A DNA stretch of 64,000 nucleotides, taken from the human T2T-CHM13v2.0 reference genome, Homo sapiens. A model generated the notes under the pieces. It saw only the letters and a list, made by a program, of their open reading frames with translations, was not told the origin of the DNA and searched no databases. The translations under genes and the position numbers were made by a program. Below, one piece after another: positions 28,001 to 43,305 of this stretch; position 1 is the stretch's first letter, and every line of letters begins with the position of its first letter. The stretch is taken from the NCBI RefSeq assembly GCF_009914755.1, contig NC_060938.1. One strand, 5' to 3'.

Positions 28001-29889
28001 TGTGCCTGGGCCCCAGCTATTGAGAAGATGCCAGTCAGGGATGAAAACGTCTTTCATGAAACTATAGCTAACTTCCCTGTGACACATTACCATAGAGCAG
28101 AGAGTATTTTTAAACCAATAGTGTGAAAATAAGCACAATACCTTATAAAAGTCGGAAGGCTTTATTTTAAAGTATGCACATTGAGTGACTAAAAATACAC
28201 AAGTTTGTGTCAGAATTTTTTTTTTTTTTTTTTAGTGAATTGGTCTTAGCAATTTCCCTTCTCTCCCTCTCTCTCCCTGTTCACAGCTCTGATTTCTTTT
28301 GCCTTTTGGTTACAACTACAAAAGATGTCTTCTGAGACAAATGCTGGTCCATGACATCAGGATGAAGGAATGCTCAGCCCAGTCCTGCATGTTTGAAAGC
28401 ATCAGCTGCTTGAAAAAAATGTTACATTTTCCAGGATGGATTAAAAAATTAAGGATGATCCCTGAAAGCAGTTAGTTTCAGACCTTTACACAAGTTTTCT
28501 TATTTTTTATTTCCAGTGATTAGAAAGATACCAACATTGGAATTGGATTTTGAAAATTAGTAATATAGCATTTTTCTTGAAATAGAAAATGTGCTGTGGT
28601 CTTTATAAAACAAATGATAATAATTGATGACAGTAACAACAATTGGACAGCATACAATTATATATTCTATAAAAATTACAAACTTAAAAGTGTAAATTTT
28701 AAAGACCAAATCTTTGCTTTTATTTTAGACAGTATAATTTTATGAATTTACAAGACTTACATTAAATTATTGTATGTAAAAAATACTTTAAATTTCTTTT
28801 TACTCTTCTTAGCTATTACCATGACTTAATTTGGAGCATTTCCATGAAATTTCTTATACTTGGATTAAGTACATACTAATTAAAATAACAACTAAACATT
28901 CTGTCATGTTTCAACATATGAAAGAGGCATGCTGCTTTTATTTCCTTTTTAACTATTGGTATCCTTATAAAGTTAATTATTGTTATTAATTTCCCCTCCT
29001 GATTCTACATCAATAGGAGAAAATGGAAGTTCTAGAAAACATTTTAACAATAACAATTTCAATAAAATATATCAAAATGCCAATATGTAAAATATTCAAA
29101 TAAGATTTAAGAAAACATTGATTTGGTGATTTGTTGCCTATATATTTAAGAATCATAATGTCTGAGTATGGCAATTCTCCATTAAATTATGGTTTAAAGT
29201 CTTAATCATGATATAATAGATGGTAATCTTGTAACTGAAAAAATGATTATTTTTGCCCTCTAAGACTGTGTTTTTTGTATGTCCACAGCAGACTTATGTC
29301 AAAGGAAAAGGACAGTTTTCTTTAATCTTTTATCTTCTCAGTAAAACTAAATTATAAAAAGTAATTCCTTTGGTATACGATAGTAGTTTAGAAACAGACA
29401 CATCCTATACATTAAAATGAAAACATTTTCTCCATTAAAATGAAAATTTAAAAAAAGATTGATTAAAATGTAATAATGAATAGGAAACCGATTAATCTAA
29501 AAACATGTTTAGGATTCAAGCTTTCAACTGGTCTGTTGTTATATGAGAGAAAAGAGAAAATCTTGTATTTATACAATACCTTTTTTTATGAGGACCCTGG
29601 AGGTTGAATCTGGTTTTATAACACCAATGGGGTGTGTCATCTTTGAGTCTCACTAGCCACAGTGGCAACTAAGTAGACTGGACACATGTTCTTTTGTCCT
29701 CACAGTCATACACTGATGTCACTTGACTAATGTTCTCCAAAACTTCTCTAGGGCTTACTTAATCTCTCCAATACTTAATTTATACCCCTTAAGAAGACCT
29801 TCCAATTTATACTTTTCTCTAAATTTATTTATTCTATATCTCCAATTATGTAACCCATGGCACAACTTCTGTAGAATCTTCCCTATCAT

Positions 29890-31150
<1,261 letters not shown>

Positions 31151-31631
31151 TCCATGAAAACGTGAAATGGCAGAAACCCAGATATTTGCAGACTAATCCA
31201 GAATATGAAAATAATGGAATGTATTTGATAAGCAAGTGCTTATTGAATGATTGAATGTGTGTGATTAGCCTTCAATTCATTACATTTTAAATGACTATTA
31301 TTGACTTGCTATGATTATTTTAAAATCATACAGCACAACAGGAAGCATTCTAATTATTATAAAAGTGAAAAGATAAGTGGCACAAACAACTCTTTTTGTG
31401 GCTTTAAATTTTCCAGATAGGTTGATGTGACTATACATAACTCTATACTTAAAGTTGATTAATCTAGATGCTACCATTATTCCTCCTTCCCTCATTGCCC
31501 ATTTTTTTGAATGTTTTAGTAATAATGGAAGGCTACCAGTGGGCAAATCCAGTAGGTAGAGGAATAACTGGAAGAGAAATGACCAATCAAAAACTTGAAA
31601 ACTAGGAGTAAGTACAGATTTTAAAAAGTCA

Positions 31632-31994
<363 letters not shown>

Positions 31995-32047
31995 TTACTG
32001 GAGGCTTATCAGGATCAATGAGATAGATACAGGATAGTTATATACAG

Positions 32048-32192
32048 TCCTGGGCTCAAGTGACCCTCCTGCTTCAGCCTCCCAAGTAGCTGGGACTACA
32101 GACAAGTGTTACCATGCCTGATTAATTTTTTAATTTTTTTTTTTGTAGACACGGGGTCTCACTATGTTGCCCAGGCTAGTCTCAAACTCCTG
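32048..32192 (-). mobile_element. Internal AluJ fragment with no head, tail or TSD; inverted relative to 31703-31843
   Basis: Its reverse complement aligns to the middle of the neighbouring AluJ. Confidence 0.9.
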
Positions 32193-33754
32193 CTTTATGT
32201 TCTTGATGGTTCCCCAGAAAGCCTTTTTAGGTGTTGGGGCTATAATTTCAGCAGAATCAAGTCCCATGTAAAATGTAATCTGGACATGAAGGGTAATGTC
32301 CCCTAAGACTACCTTAGAAGTCTTCACTCTGGAGAATGAAGATTCTCAAGGGATACCTGGCCCTTTGGTAAAACGCAGCATTGATGTCTTTAGCTTTCTG
32401 TCCATTGGCCATAGTTTGCCCAATAACACTAGTGGCCTTTGTCATTGAAGCTGTACAAGGTAGTGGTCTCCTGGATCTCTCATTTATATCCTTGTAATGG
32501 CAGTGGAGATAAAATGTAGGTAGAATTCTTCCCCCTGGCTCTCCAAAACAATACAAATAACACATGTAATTCATTTAATGACTAGATAACAATGAATATC
32601 AGTGACAGTTATTTTACTGTCCGTCTCTTAATTTGCATCATTTAGATCATAACCCATGATTAGTTTAAAGCGATTTGGATTATAAATGCTATCCCATACT
32701 TTCAACATTTGAAAATATCATTCAGGGTTGGTTAAAAAAATATGATTGCACCTCCCTTTGGGCCTCACAGTAAGGCATTCGTTGCCTTGGTAATTTGACT
32801 GTGTCTGGTGTAGGGTCTGTCACTCAGCTTTGCCAACTCAGAAGTCTGATGTTGTCAGCACTCAGAGGGCAGATCCGTCTCTCTCGGGTGAACTCACATT
32901 AACTACATTCATGAGGCTAATAAAACCAGAATGCCAAATTATTCGCTTACCATTAGAAATACAATCACACAGATGGAATGCTTGTCTTAGCAAGACTCAA
33001 ACATTCTTTTTCAAAATGAAGAGCCAGATTACACTTAGAAGGGGCCCAGTGAGCCTGGAGTCAGAATGGGGGAGTTGGAGGAATCAAACTGTGATGGCCT
33101 GATGCTGCCATCTGCACATGGACTGGTCAGTAAACTGGACTCCTAAAAGTCTGTTAACCAAAGCTGCTCCTCCATGGAGAATGGTAGGGAAGGGCACATC
33201 CCACATTTGTGTCTGTTGCTCTCATTTTCTAGGTGGTACCTGTGGTTAATGAATATGTTTTCTACCGTATTATTTCTTTAGGTCATTAGGTAGTAAATTT
33301 TGATGGTTTGGAAGCCATTCTGTTTTCTTAAGATGACTTTGCCTATTTCTGTTCCGATATGTTCTAGTTATGGTAGAAATTTCATAGGTATTTAATTTCC
33401 AGGTATTTGGGGTAGGCACTGCCTAGCACCCAGGTACAGGTAGTGTCTAGACCTGAGGTAGTGGGGCATGAGCAACTAAGGCTGATTCTCTGCTTGTCCC
33501 TGGCCTAGAAACCACACTTGTCCTAGAGCCTGGCATAAGGCTGAATGACAGGTAAGTTGCTGTAGTTATTGATGTTTTGGAAGTGTAGGAGAAAGTAAGT
33601 AATCAGGGAGTATAGTGACCATATTTTCTGAGGTAAAAAGACACAAGCTAGCTTATATCTTCATGTGAAGATACTAAATATTACCCTTATTGAAAACATT
33701 ATAGGAAACATACATAAACTCATGATTAAATTTAGAATGGAGAGAATTGAGTCA

Positions 33755-34153
<399 letters not shown>

Positions 34154-35600
34154 GGGAAAATGGTGGTCTCTTGAGACTATGCTGCATTTGATTGATGTTG
34201 CTGTTAAAGTAAAAATGTCCATGGGCCCTTAAAGCAAGAACGGGAGCTGTGTGAGGACAGGGATAAATATGTAGGTTTGGGACTGACCACTTTTAGAGGT
34301 TTGGGAGTAGGAAGAACAGGAGACTCCAGGAAGGAAATATGAAATAAACTTTTAAGGAGGCAGTTGAAAGCAGGGGCAGGAAATCCTAAGAGGTGAGACA
34401 TTCGAGAGGGAAATATAATCAAATACAATCAAATTCCTTCCTTTGTGTAGGGACAGAAGATCTAAGGTGGTGAGAAATTGAGGAGAAAATTATAAGCAAA
34501 TGCGCAAAGTGAAAAGAAGATTTTAGACCTAGAAATGACCACTGAATTTGATGACAGTGTCATATATGGCAAAAGATTCATTTATTAATATTAACCATTT
34601 TGTATTTTTATATTCAAATAACTAAGGGTTGTTTTCCATTTGTCAGGCAGAAGTGCTGGGCTTTACTGACAGATTATGGTTTTTATTTCCCACAGTAAAT
34701 TAAGCATTCTTTCCAATGAATTTTTATGGAAATTGATTTTAATTTTGAATGAAGGTGAAGTTAGTTTAAGAAAATGGAAAAAAAATAAGATATTGTTACC
34801 TTTTAAAAGACCGATATATCTTCATGGTTCTGTAGATATAGTCAAATTTTGATCAATAAAATGGTAGCATGAAAATCTTTCCAGGTCTTTTTGGCACTCT
34901 CACATGCTCAGTTTAATAAAGCACTTTTGTTTACATAAACAGGATCTTAGCTTATCTAGCCTGGAAGGAATTTGAAGAGGAGGATTTTTAAGTCAAATTA
35001 ATTACCTTCTGCCCCAGGGAAAGGGAACCAATAAATATGCAGAGATATCATCCTTTGAGTTTTGTAGGTTAAAAGGTGATAGAGCAGCTGGTGTTTTCTG
35101 GGGGAGCTGGAGGAAGGGGGTATAGATGATGGACTGTGATAGGAAGTTATTTGTTACTTTGTTTGAAATACTATATTATAAATTCCATGAATACTTTAAA
35201 TGTGCAAGTGTGCTTAATGTACACTATTGAGAACAAAATGTAAATGGTTTGGGCATTCTATGGTACTTCACTGTTCTGTTACAGTGAATACTTGCCAACT
35301 GACTTCCTGTATATTAAATTAATATCCTGTTAACAAAAATTATGACAAGTGAATACTACTTATACTTCTGTCATTTCAGCAAAAGACAGAAATAATATAT
35401 CAAAATGAAAATAACATACTGAACTTTTGTAAATTTTAGATTAGAGCCCCAAATTTTTTTTTCATGATGGATGTTAATTTAAATGAATAAAAATGATTTT
35501 ATGTAAAGAGAAGCTAATCTTTGATGCAGGTTGCAAGATAACTGCTTGCTACTGGGAACTTAAATTAAAAAAAAAAATTGGATAGGCTCGCCATTCTAGT

Positions 35601-35938
<338 letters not shown>

Positions 35939-36490
35939 TAAATATTTAAGCACTTTGAGTTCCTTGAATCAAGATTCTGTCTTTGGAGCAATTGTTATTT
36001 CACTAAAGAAACAAGTGGCTCTCGGGAAATGTTATAAAGAAGACAGGAAAGAAAGAGGACTGTTTTAGTAGGAAACTGAAGCTGGGCAGCTCAGCACAGA
36101 AAAAGGAATATGGGCTCAAACCCTCATCCGTTGACCAGAATTCTTGATGACCCATTGGACATCTTTAGTGGATAATTCAGCTCTTCCAAATCAGCCCATC
36201 CAACTCCCTCCCTTCAGTAGGGATTTATCCTTCTTGTTCTGTAACCTAGTTAATGGTCAAACCATCCATCCAGTTACTTAAGCCAGAAGCCTGGGAATCG
36301 TGTTTGGCTCTTCCTTACATGGTATTTCTGCCTCCTATTTGCCCCATCATTGTGCCTACTTCTCTGATTCCCACCATGGTAGTCCTGGCTGAGGCCCTCT
36401 CATCTTTCTTCCAGATAACCAGAACAGCTTCTTAACTGCCTTGTTCATTCCATGGGATGGCCTCTTTAAAAGCTTCCACTGGTGGAAATG

Positions 36491-38916
36491 TGATATGGTT
36501 TGGTTCTGTGTCCCCACCCAAATCTCATCTTGTAAGTCTCACAATTCCCACGTATTGTGGGAGATGATTTAAACATGGGGGCAGGTCTTTGCCATGCTGT
36601 TCTTGTGATAGCAAATGAGTCTCACAGGATCTGATGGTTTTAAAAGTGGGAGTTTCTCTGTACAGGCTTTCTCTTTTCCTGCTGCCATCCATGTAAGATG
36701 TGACTTGCTCCTCCTTGCCTTCTATCATGATTGTGAGGCTTCTCCAGCCATGTGGAACTGTGAGTTCTCCATTAAACCTCTTTCCTTTGTAAATTGTCCA
36801 GTCGGGTATATCTTTATCAGCAGTGTGAAAATGGACTAATACAGTAAATTGGTACCAGTAGAGTGGGGTGTTGCTGAAAAGATACCTGAAATTGTGGAAG
36901 TGACTTTGGAGCTGGGTAACAGGCAGAACAATTTGGAGGGCTCAGAAGAAGACAGGAAAATGTGGGAAAGTTTGGAACTTCCTAGAGACTTGTTAAATGG
37001 CTTTGATCAAAAGCCTGATAGCAATATGTACAATTAAGGTCCAGGCTGAGGTGGTCTCAAATGGAGATGAGGAACTTTTTGGGAACTGGAGCAAAGGTGA
37101 CTCTTGTTATGTTTTAGCAAAGAGACTGGTGGCATTTTGCCCCTGCCCTAGAGGTTTGTAATTTGAACTTGAAGGAGATGATTTAGGGTATCTAGCAGAA
37201 GAAATTTCTAAGCAGAAAGCATTCAATAGGTGACTTGGGTGCTTTTAAATGCATTCAGTTTTATAAGGAAAAAAGAGTATAAAAGTTCAGAAAATTTGCA
37301 ACTGGATAATGTGATAGAAGAGAAAATCCCATTTTCTGAGGAGAAATTCAAGCTGGCTGCAGAAATTTGCATAAATAACGAGGAACAAAATGTTAATCCC
37401 AAGACAATGGGGAAAATGTATCTAGGGCATGTCAGAACCCTTCACAGCAGCCCATCCCATCACAGGCCCAGAGGCCTAGGAGGAAAAACTGGTTTTGTGA
37501 GCCGGGCCCCGGGTCCCTGTGCTGTGTGCAGCCTTGGGATGTGGTGCCCTGTATCCCAGCCACTCCCACAGTGGCTGAAAGGGGCCAGTGTAGAGCTCAG
37601 GCCATGGCTTCAGAGGGTGCAAGCCTCAAGCCTTGGCAGCTTGCATGTGGTGTTGAGCCTGCCAGTCCACAGAAGTCAAGAATTGAGGTTTGGGAATCTC
37701 CATCTAGATTTCAGAGGATATATGGAAATGCCTTGAAGTCCAGGCAGAAGTTTGCTGCAGGGGCAGAGTTCTCATGGAGAACCTCTGCTAGGGCAGTGGG
37801 TATGGGAAATGTGGGGTCGGGGCTCCCACACAGAGTTGATACTAGGGCACTGCCTAATGGAGCTTTGAGGAGAGGGCCACCATCCTCCAGACGCCGGAAT
37901 GGTAGATCCACCAACAGCTTGCACCGTGTATCGGGAAAAGCCACAGACACTCAATGCCAGCCCATGAAAGCAGCTAGGAGGGAGGCTGTACCCTGCAAAG
38001 CAACAGGGGTGGAGTTGCCCAAGACCATGGGAACCCACCTCATGCATTAGCATGACCTGGATGTGAGACATGGAGTCAAAGGAGATCATTTTGGAGCTGT
38101 TAGATTTGACTGCCCTGCTGGATTTCAGACGTGCATGGGGCCTGTAGCCCCTTTGTTTTGGCCAATTTCTCCCATTTGGAATAGCTGTATTTACCTAGTG
38201 CCTGTACCTCCATTGTTTCTAGGAAGTAACTAACTTGCTTTTGATTTTACAGGCTTGTAGGTGGAATGGGCTTGCCTTGTCTCAGATGAGACTTTGGACT
38301 GTGGACTTTTGAGTTAATGCTGAAATGAGTTGAGACTTTGGGGGACTATTGGGAAGGCATGATTGGTTTTGAAATGTGAAGATAGGAGATTTGGGAGGGA
38401 CCGGGGTGAAATGATATGGTTTCGTCCTGTGTCCCTCACCCAAGTCTCATGTTGCAAGTCCCACAATTCCCACGTATTGTTAGAGGTGATTGAATAATGG
38501 GGGTGGGTCTTTCCTGTGCTGTTCTTGGGATAGTGAATGGGTCTCATGAGATCTGATGGTTTTAAAAACGGGAGTTTCTCTGCACAAGCTCTCTCTTTTC
38601 CTGCTGCCATCCATGTAAGATGTGACTGGCGGCTGGGCGCAGTGGCTCACGCCTGTAATCCCAGCACTTTGGGAGGCCGAGTTGGGTGGATCACGAGGTC
38701 AGGAGATGGAGACCATCCTGGCTAACACGGTGAAACCCCGTCTCTACTAAAAAAAAAAAAAAAAAAAGATGTGACTTGCTCCTCCTTGCCTTCCACCATG
38801 ATTGTGAGGCTTCCCTGGCCACGTGGAACTGTGAGTTCTCCATTAAACCTCTTTCCTTTGTAAATTCCCTAGTCTCGCGTATGTCTTTATCAGCAGCATG
38901 AAAGCAAACTAGTTCA
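36491..38916 (+). mobile_element. Full-length THE1 (THE1A/B-type MaLR) provirus: 5' LTR 36491-36843, internal region 36844-38411, 3' LTR 38412-38916
   Basis: Both LTRs start TGATATGGTTT and end in CA; internal region starts GTAAATTGGTACCAGTAGAGTGGGG; perfect 5-bp TSD AAATG at 36486-36490 and 38917-38921. Confidence 0.96.
38631..38765 (+). mobile_element. AluY left monomer with poly-A, inside the THE1 3' LTR
   Basis: GATCACGAGGTCAGGAGAT.GAGACCATCCTGGCTAACACGGTGAAACCCCGTCTCTACT(A)n; TSD AAGATGTGACT(G/T)GC at 38617-38630 and 38766-38779. Confidence 0.93.
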
Positions 38917-38921
38917 AAATG

Positions 38922-39543
38922 TAAAGTAGTTCAGCCACTATGGAAAACAGTTCTGTGGTTTGTCAAAAAGTTAAACATAGAATTACCTTCGTACCCAGAA
39001 ATTCCACTTCTTGGTATATACCCGAAATATTTGAAAATGGGTACTCAAATAAGAACATGCTCATGCATGTTCATAGCAGCACTGTTTACAATAGCCACAA
39101 GGCAAAAACAGCCCAAATGCTCATCAACAGATGATTAGAAAAAGAAATTGTGTTATAAATGTACACTGGAATATTATTCAGCAATAAAAAGGTATGAAGT
39201 ACTGATACATGTACCAGTGTGGATGAACCTCGAAACCACGCTAAGTGAAAGAAGCCAGACACAAAAGGTCACATATGCTATGATTTCATTTATATGAAAT
39301 ATTCAGAATAGGTAAATCTATACAGACAGAACACATATTGGTGGTTACCAGGTGATGGGAGAAGCAGGAAATGGGAGCAAGTGCTTAATGGGTATGGGGT
39401 TTTTTTTTGGGGTGATGAAACTATTTTGGAATTAGATAGAGGTAGTGGTTTCACATCTCTTTCAGTAAATGCCACTGAATTGTTCACTTTAAAATGATTA
39501 ATGTTGTATCATGTGAATTTCACTTCAATTAAAACAATTCAAC
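38922..39543 (+). mobile_element. L1MB-type 3' end (its first few bases lie left of THE1, at about 36479-36490)
   Basis: CAGCCACTATGGAAAACAG...ATGTTCATAGCAGCAC...CTAAGTGAAAGAAGCCAGACACAAAAGG...AATGCCACTGAATTGTTCACTTTAAAATG. Confidence 0.9.
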
Positions 39544-40189
39544 AAACTTTCACTGGCTCCCCCTTGTGTACAGAATGAGGCTCCAGTTTCCCCAGCTTCC
39601 TATAGGAGACCTTCACAATCCACCTGCAACCTAATTTCCCATTTCCTGTCCTGCTTTTCCTTCCCCTGTAGTTTCCTCTCACCCATAGGGGAATAGTTGC
39701 TGTTGCCAAAACACTTTGTTATTGTTGTTGTTTAATCCTTCTCTACTTGGGCTGATGTTCTTCTTCCTGTCTTCTTTCTTGGTGAAGAACAGTAGTGCTG
39801 GCTCCTCTATGAAGTGCATGCCCCTGCCTTGCCCCTCCCCAGGCAGTAGCATTCTTTCTTGGCCTCCTCCCGTTGCTCACCCTTGCTCTGGAGGCCTCCT
39901 CAAAGCCCCTTCGCACTGTGCTGAGGGTTGTGGTGGCCCTGCCTCTTCCCATCATCACACTGTGTGCTTCATCAGGGCTGGAACCACATCATATTCATGT
40001 TTCTATTCCTCATGCCCAGTACATGCCAGGGAACATAGTGGGTACTCAAAATTTGCTTTTAAACAGTCATTTAGTTTTTTGAATAGCAATTTTTGCTTCT
40101 TTAATTTCAGCTGTTGATTGTGGTAAAAAAATTCAGTTGAACTTCTTTTCTATATCTTGATTTACAGTAGGAGTACTGTGAGGAATTAG

Positions 40190-40516
<327 letters not shown>

Positions 40517-41984
40517 TTATATTCCTTGTCTAACACAGTTGCATTTTCTAAATGATTACCCAGTCTGTATTCCCCCACTGAAGTGTTTTTATTTTTAGTA
40601 ATTACATGTATATTTTTCTAATTATTTCCTTTAATATTTTGGAGGAAAATAATTTCAACATAAGCTTCTTACCTTTAGTAAAGATGCTCCAAAAATTATA
40701 TATAGCCCGGGGAAAAATCTGTTAGTGATGTATTTTCTTAGACCCAGTTATACTTACTCTTACATGTTTTTTTCCCCCTTAAGATTGTTTAACTTGGGTT
40801 TCTGTTGCTTGTAATAAAAAATATCCTGAATATTATAACTTAGGATGTACAAGTGTTGCATAGACTCTGGAGATATGAAAAGGAAAAAGATTCAGTCCTT
40901 GTCTCCAAGGTATTTGTGGTGAGTTGTGATGAAGTGGACAGAAAGGCTCACAATTGCCACATAGTATGATAATGCTACAATTGACATTTATACAAAATGA
41001 CCTAGTACACAAAGGAGAGAACCCTTCACTCTGCTGGGGGAATAGAGAATGGTAGCACCATGCCATATGGAGTTGAGTTTCTAAGAAGGAGTTGCTGGCA
41101 ACAGGATTTAATGGTGCCTGGAGAGTGTCAACAGCCTCTTAAATAAAATGTTTTATTTTTATTTTTATTTTTATTTTGCCAGTTGTTGCCCAGGTCACAT
41201 AAGTGTAAACTAATTTTGATCAGTTTGAACTTGCTTGCTACCAAGTCTAGTAGAGACCTGTTTTAATGACTATTGCCAAAATGTGATTTACTAGAAAGTA
41301 TTTCAGGCTCAAATGCCGACTAAGTGTGGCAGGTTGTTTAGCCACTGTGTTTCTCCATACTGCATTATATTTGATGGCCAAAATTAACTCTGTGGGTCAG
41401 CTCACTCCCTGATGTGCTGGATAAACCAGGGTGCCACTGCAAGACTCTGCATGTATTTATGTTATAGACACAGATTTTGTGAGTTGTTATGTATCTGGTG
41501 CAAGTATATGAGTAGAAGTTTGAACTTCAATTAGTTGGGTTTATGAAGCACTGACAGCGTAGGGCAATATATGAGGCATGTAGGAAATTACAAAGGAAAT
41601 AGGAAACACAATCTTTGTTCATATTGAGTTTATAATCTAATGGAACAAATATAAATGGAGATACATGATAACAGATAAAATAAACATAAAAACATAGTCA
41701 TAACCAGTTACAGATGGATAGAGATATTTGCACAAGTGCTATGGAGTTGGGAAAATTATTGCAAGGACTATTGTCAGCTGGGGTAAGTCAGAAACTGTTT
41801 TAATACAGGATGTAAAACTTATGCAAAAATATTAAGGCCAGGAAGGACAAGGATTAGTGTGGGGGAAATCATTCTAGGAAGTAAGAATGAAATGAAAATA
41901 CAGAGGGAGCAGGCAGGCTATTGTAGATGACAATAACGTTAGCTGGAAAAGCTGAGTATTTTTAGGACATACGTTTCTTTTGGA

Positions 41985-42400
41985 AAAGCAGCTATACTAG
42001 AGTAGGCTAACTGCTGTAACAATCAGTGCCAAGTATCGGTGACTTAATAAAATCAAAGGTTACTTTTTTACATCGGATCCAATGGGAATCTTTGTGTGTG
42101 TGTGTCTCCATTCTACGCAGTTATTCAGGGATGCAGGTTTGTAATAGCTACATTCTAGGTTCTAGGAGTCTTCCTGTAGGTTCTAAGAACCTCTTTCATT
42201 CAGCTGGTGAAATGGACAGAAAATGGAGGATAATCTGTGGGAGGTATATATGGGGCCAGCTTGGAAGTAACTCTACCCACATTCTACTGACCAGAACTCA
42301 GTCTTGTGTCCCCACCTCCATGCAAGAGCCTGGGAAAGGTAATGTAGGTGGGTGCCTCTGAGGAAAAAGGCATGGGCTTTGGGGGACACATCATCTCTTG
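41985..42400 (-). mobile_element. Ancient MaLR LTR (MLT1K-like)
   Basis: TAGGCTAACTGCTGTAACAA...CCCACATTCTACTGACCAGAACTCAGTC...GCAAGAG.CTGGGAAA. Confidence 0.55.
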
Positions 42401-43159
42401 CCTTCACTTTTTTGCTAGTATCTTATGAATCTAGAGCACGTCCTTCTTTTTCACCTGAAATTTAGGTGATTTGAGTCTCCAATTTTCCTATGGAGCTTAC
42501 GTGCCCTGCCGTCACCTCACACTCACCACTCTCTCCTTTCCTAGCTTCATTATTCATTATTTTTTATCAACAGTCTCTTCATTCTTGTATTACCTTAGCA
42601 CGTACCTTGCAGTTATGGTTAGCAGTGTTCCTTCAGGATGCCTCTTCAGCCTGTTCTTTCTTTTCTTCTTCCATCTGCACACACTCTTGATAGTGACCTT
42701 ATCTCCTAATGATGGCATTGGTATAGTAAGTCCCTACCTAGAACTCCACCCCGAATATTGCTGCTACATAAATAATCATTTTCTTCTTGCTCCATTCTCA
42801 TTTAGTAATCTCTTTTCCTCCCTTTTGTGTGAGAATGAATTCCAGATTCCTCAGCCTGTACCTAAAGAATCACTGTTCCCTAGCCTCACCTCCTTCCTAC
42901 CCTCATTTCTGACAGCTAATCACAGGAAGGCTCTACTCCAGGCAGACTGGTCACAGCAGTCTCTGAATTCAGAGGATGCTAATTCTGACCCTGGAGAATG
43001 TATTATTTTGTACATTTCTGGAGCAAGTCTCAGCTCATGTCATGTATAACTCATGAAACCTCACACACAAACACATTGTCTCCCAGTAATACTTCACTTG
43101 TGTGTTTCATTCACTTCTCTGGGTGCTTAGACTTATCTAGCCTCGTTCTGCTATAAAAA

Positions 43160-43305
43160 TGTTTGTGTGCATGTTTTCTTTCTTCATGTCGATAGTTAAG
43201 ATCCATAAGAGCAGGGACTATGTCATATATCTCATAATTTCCCACAGAGCCTAGCATGTAACTAGGCACACAATGATTACTCAACAAATACTTGCTGAAT
43301 AAATG
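43160..43305 (+). mobile_element. L2 3' end
   Basis: AGAGCAGGGACTATGTC...CCCACAGAGCCTAGCA...CTCAACAAATACTTGCTGAATAAATG. Confidence 0.8.

Larger units (their letters stand above)
36130..40060 (+). mobile_element. L2 (pieces at about 36130-36470 and 39557-40060), split by the L1MB/THE1 insertions
   Basis: ACCATCCATCCAGTTACTTAAGCCAGAAGCCTGGGA on the left; CACTGGCTCCCC...ACATAGTGGGTACTCAA L2 3' end on the right. Confidence 0.7.

Noticed and set aside
33103-33121. CTCF-like site (minus strand GTGCAGATGGCAGCA)
   Set aside because: Only the 3' half of the motif matches; the conserved 5' CC is absent.
37230-38089. Overlapping 168-aa and 174-aa ORFs
   Set aside because: They lie in the THE1 internal region. 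Such open stretches are common in THE1-int copies and are broken here by frameshifts.
42471-43049. Longest ORF in the window (192 aa)
   Set aside because: Non-ATG start, Leu/Ser/Phe-rich composition expected from pyrimidine-rich (probably L2-derived) DNA, no domain signature and no promoter.
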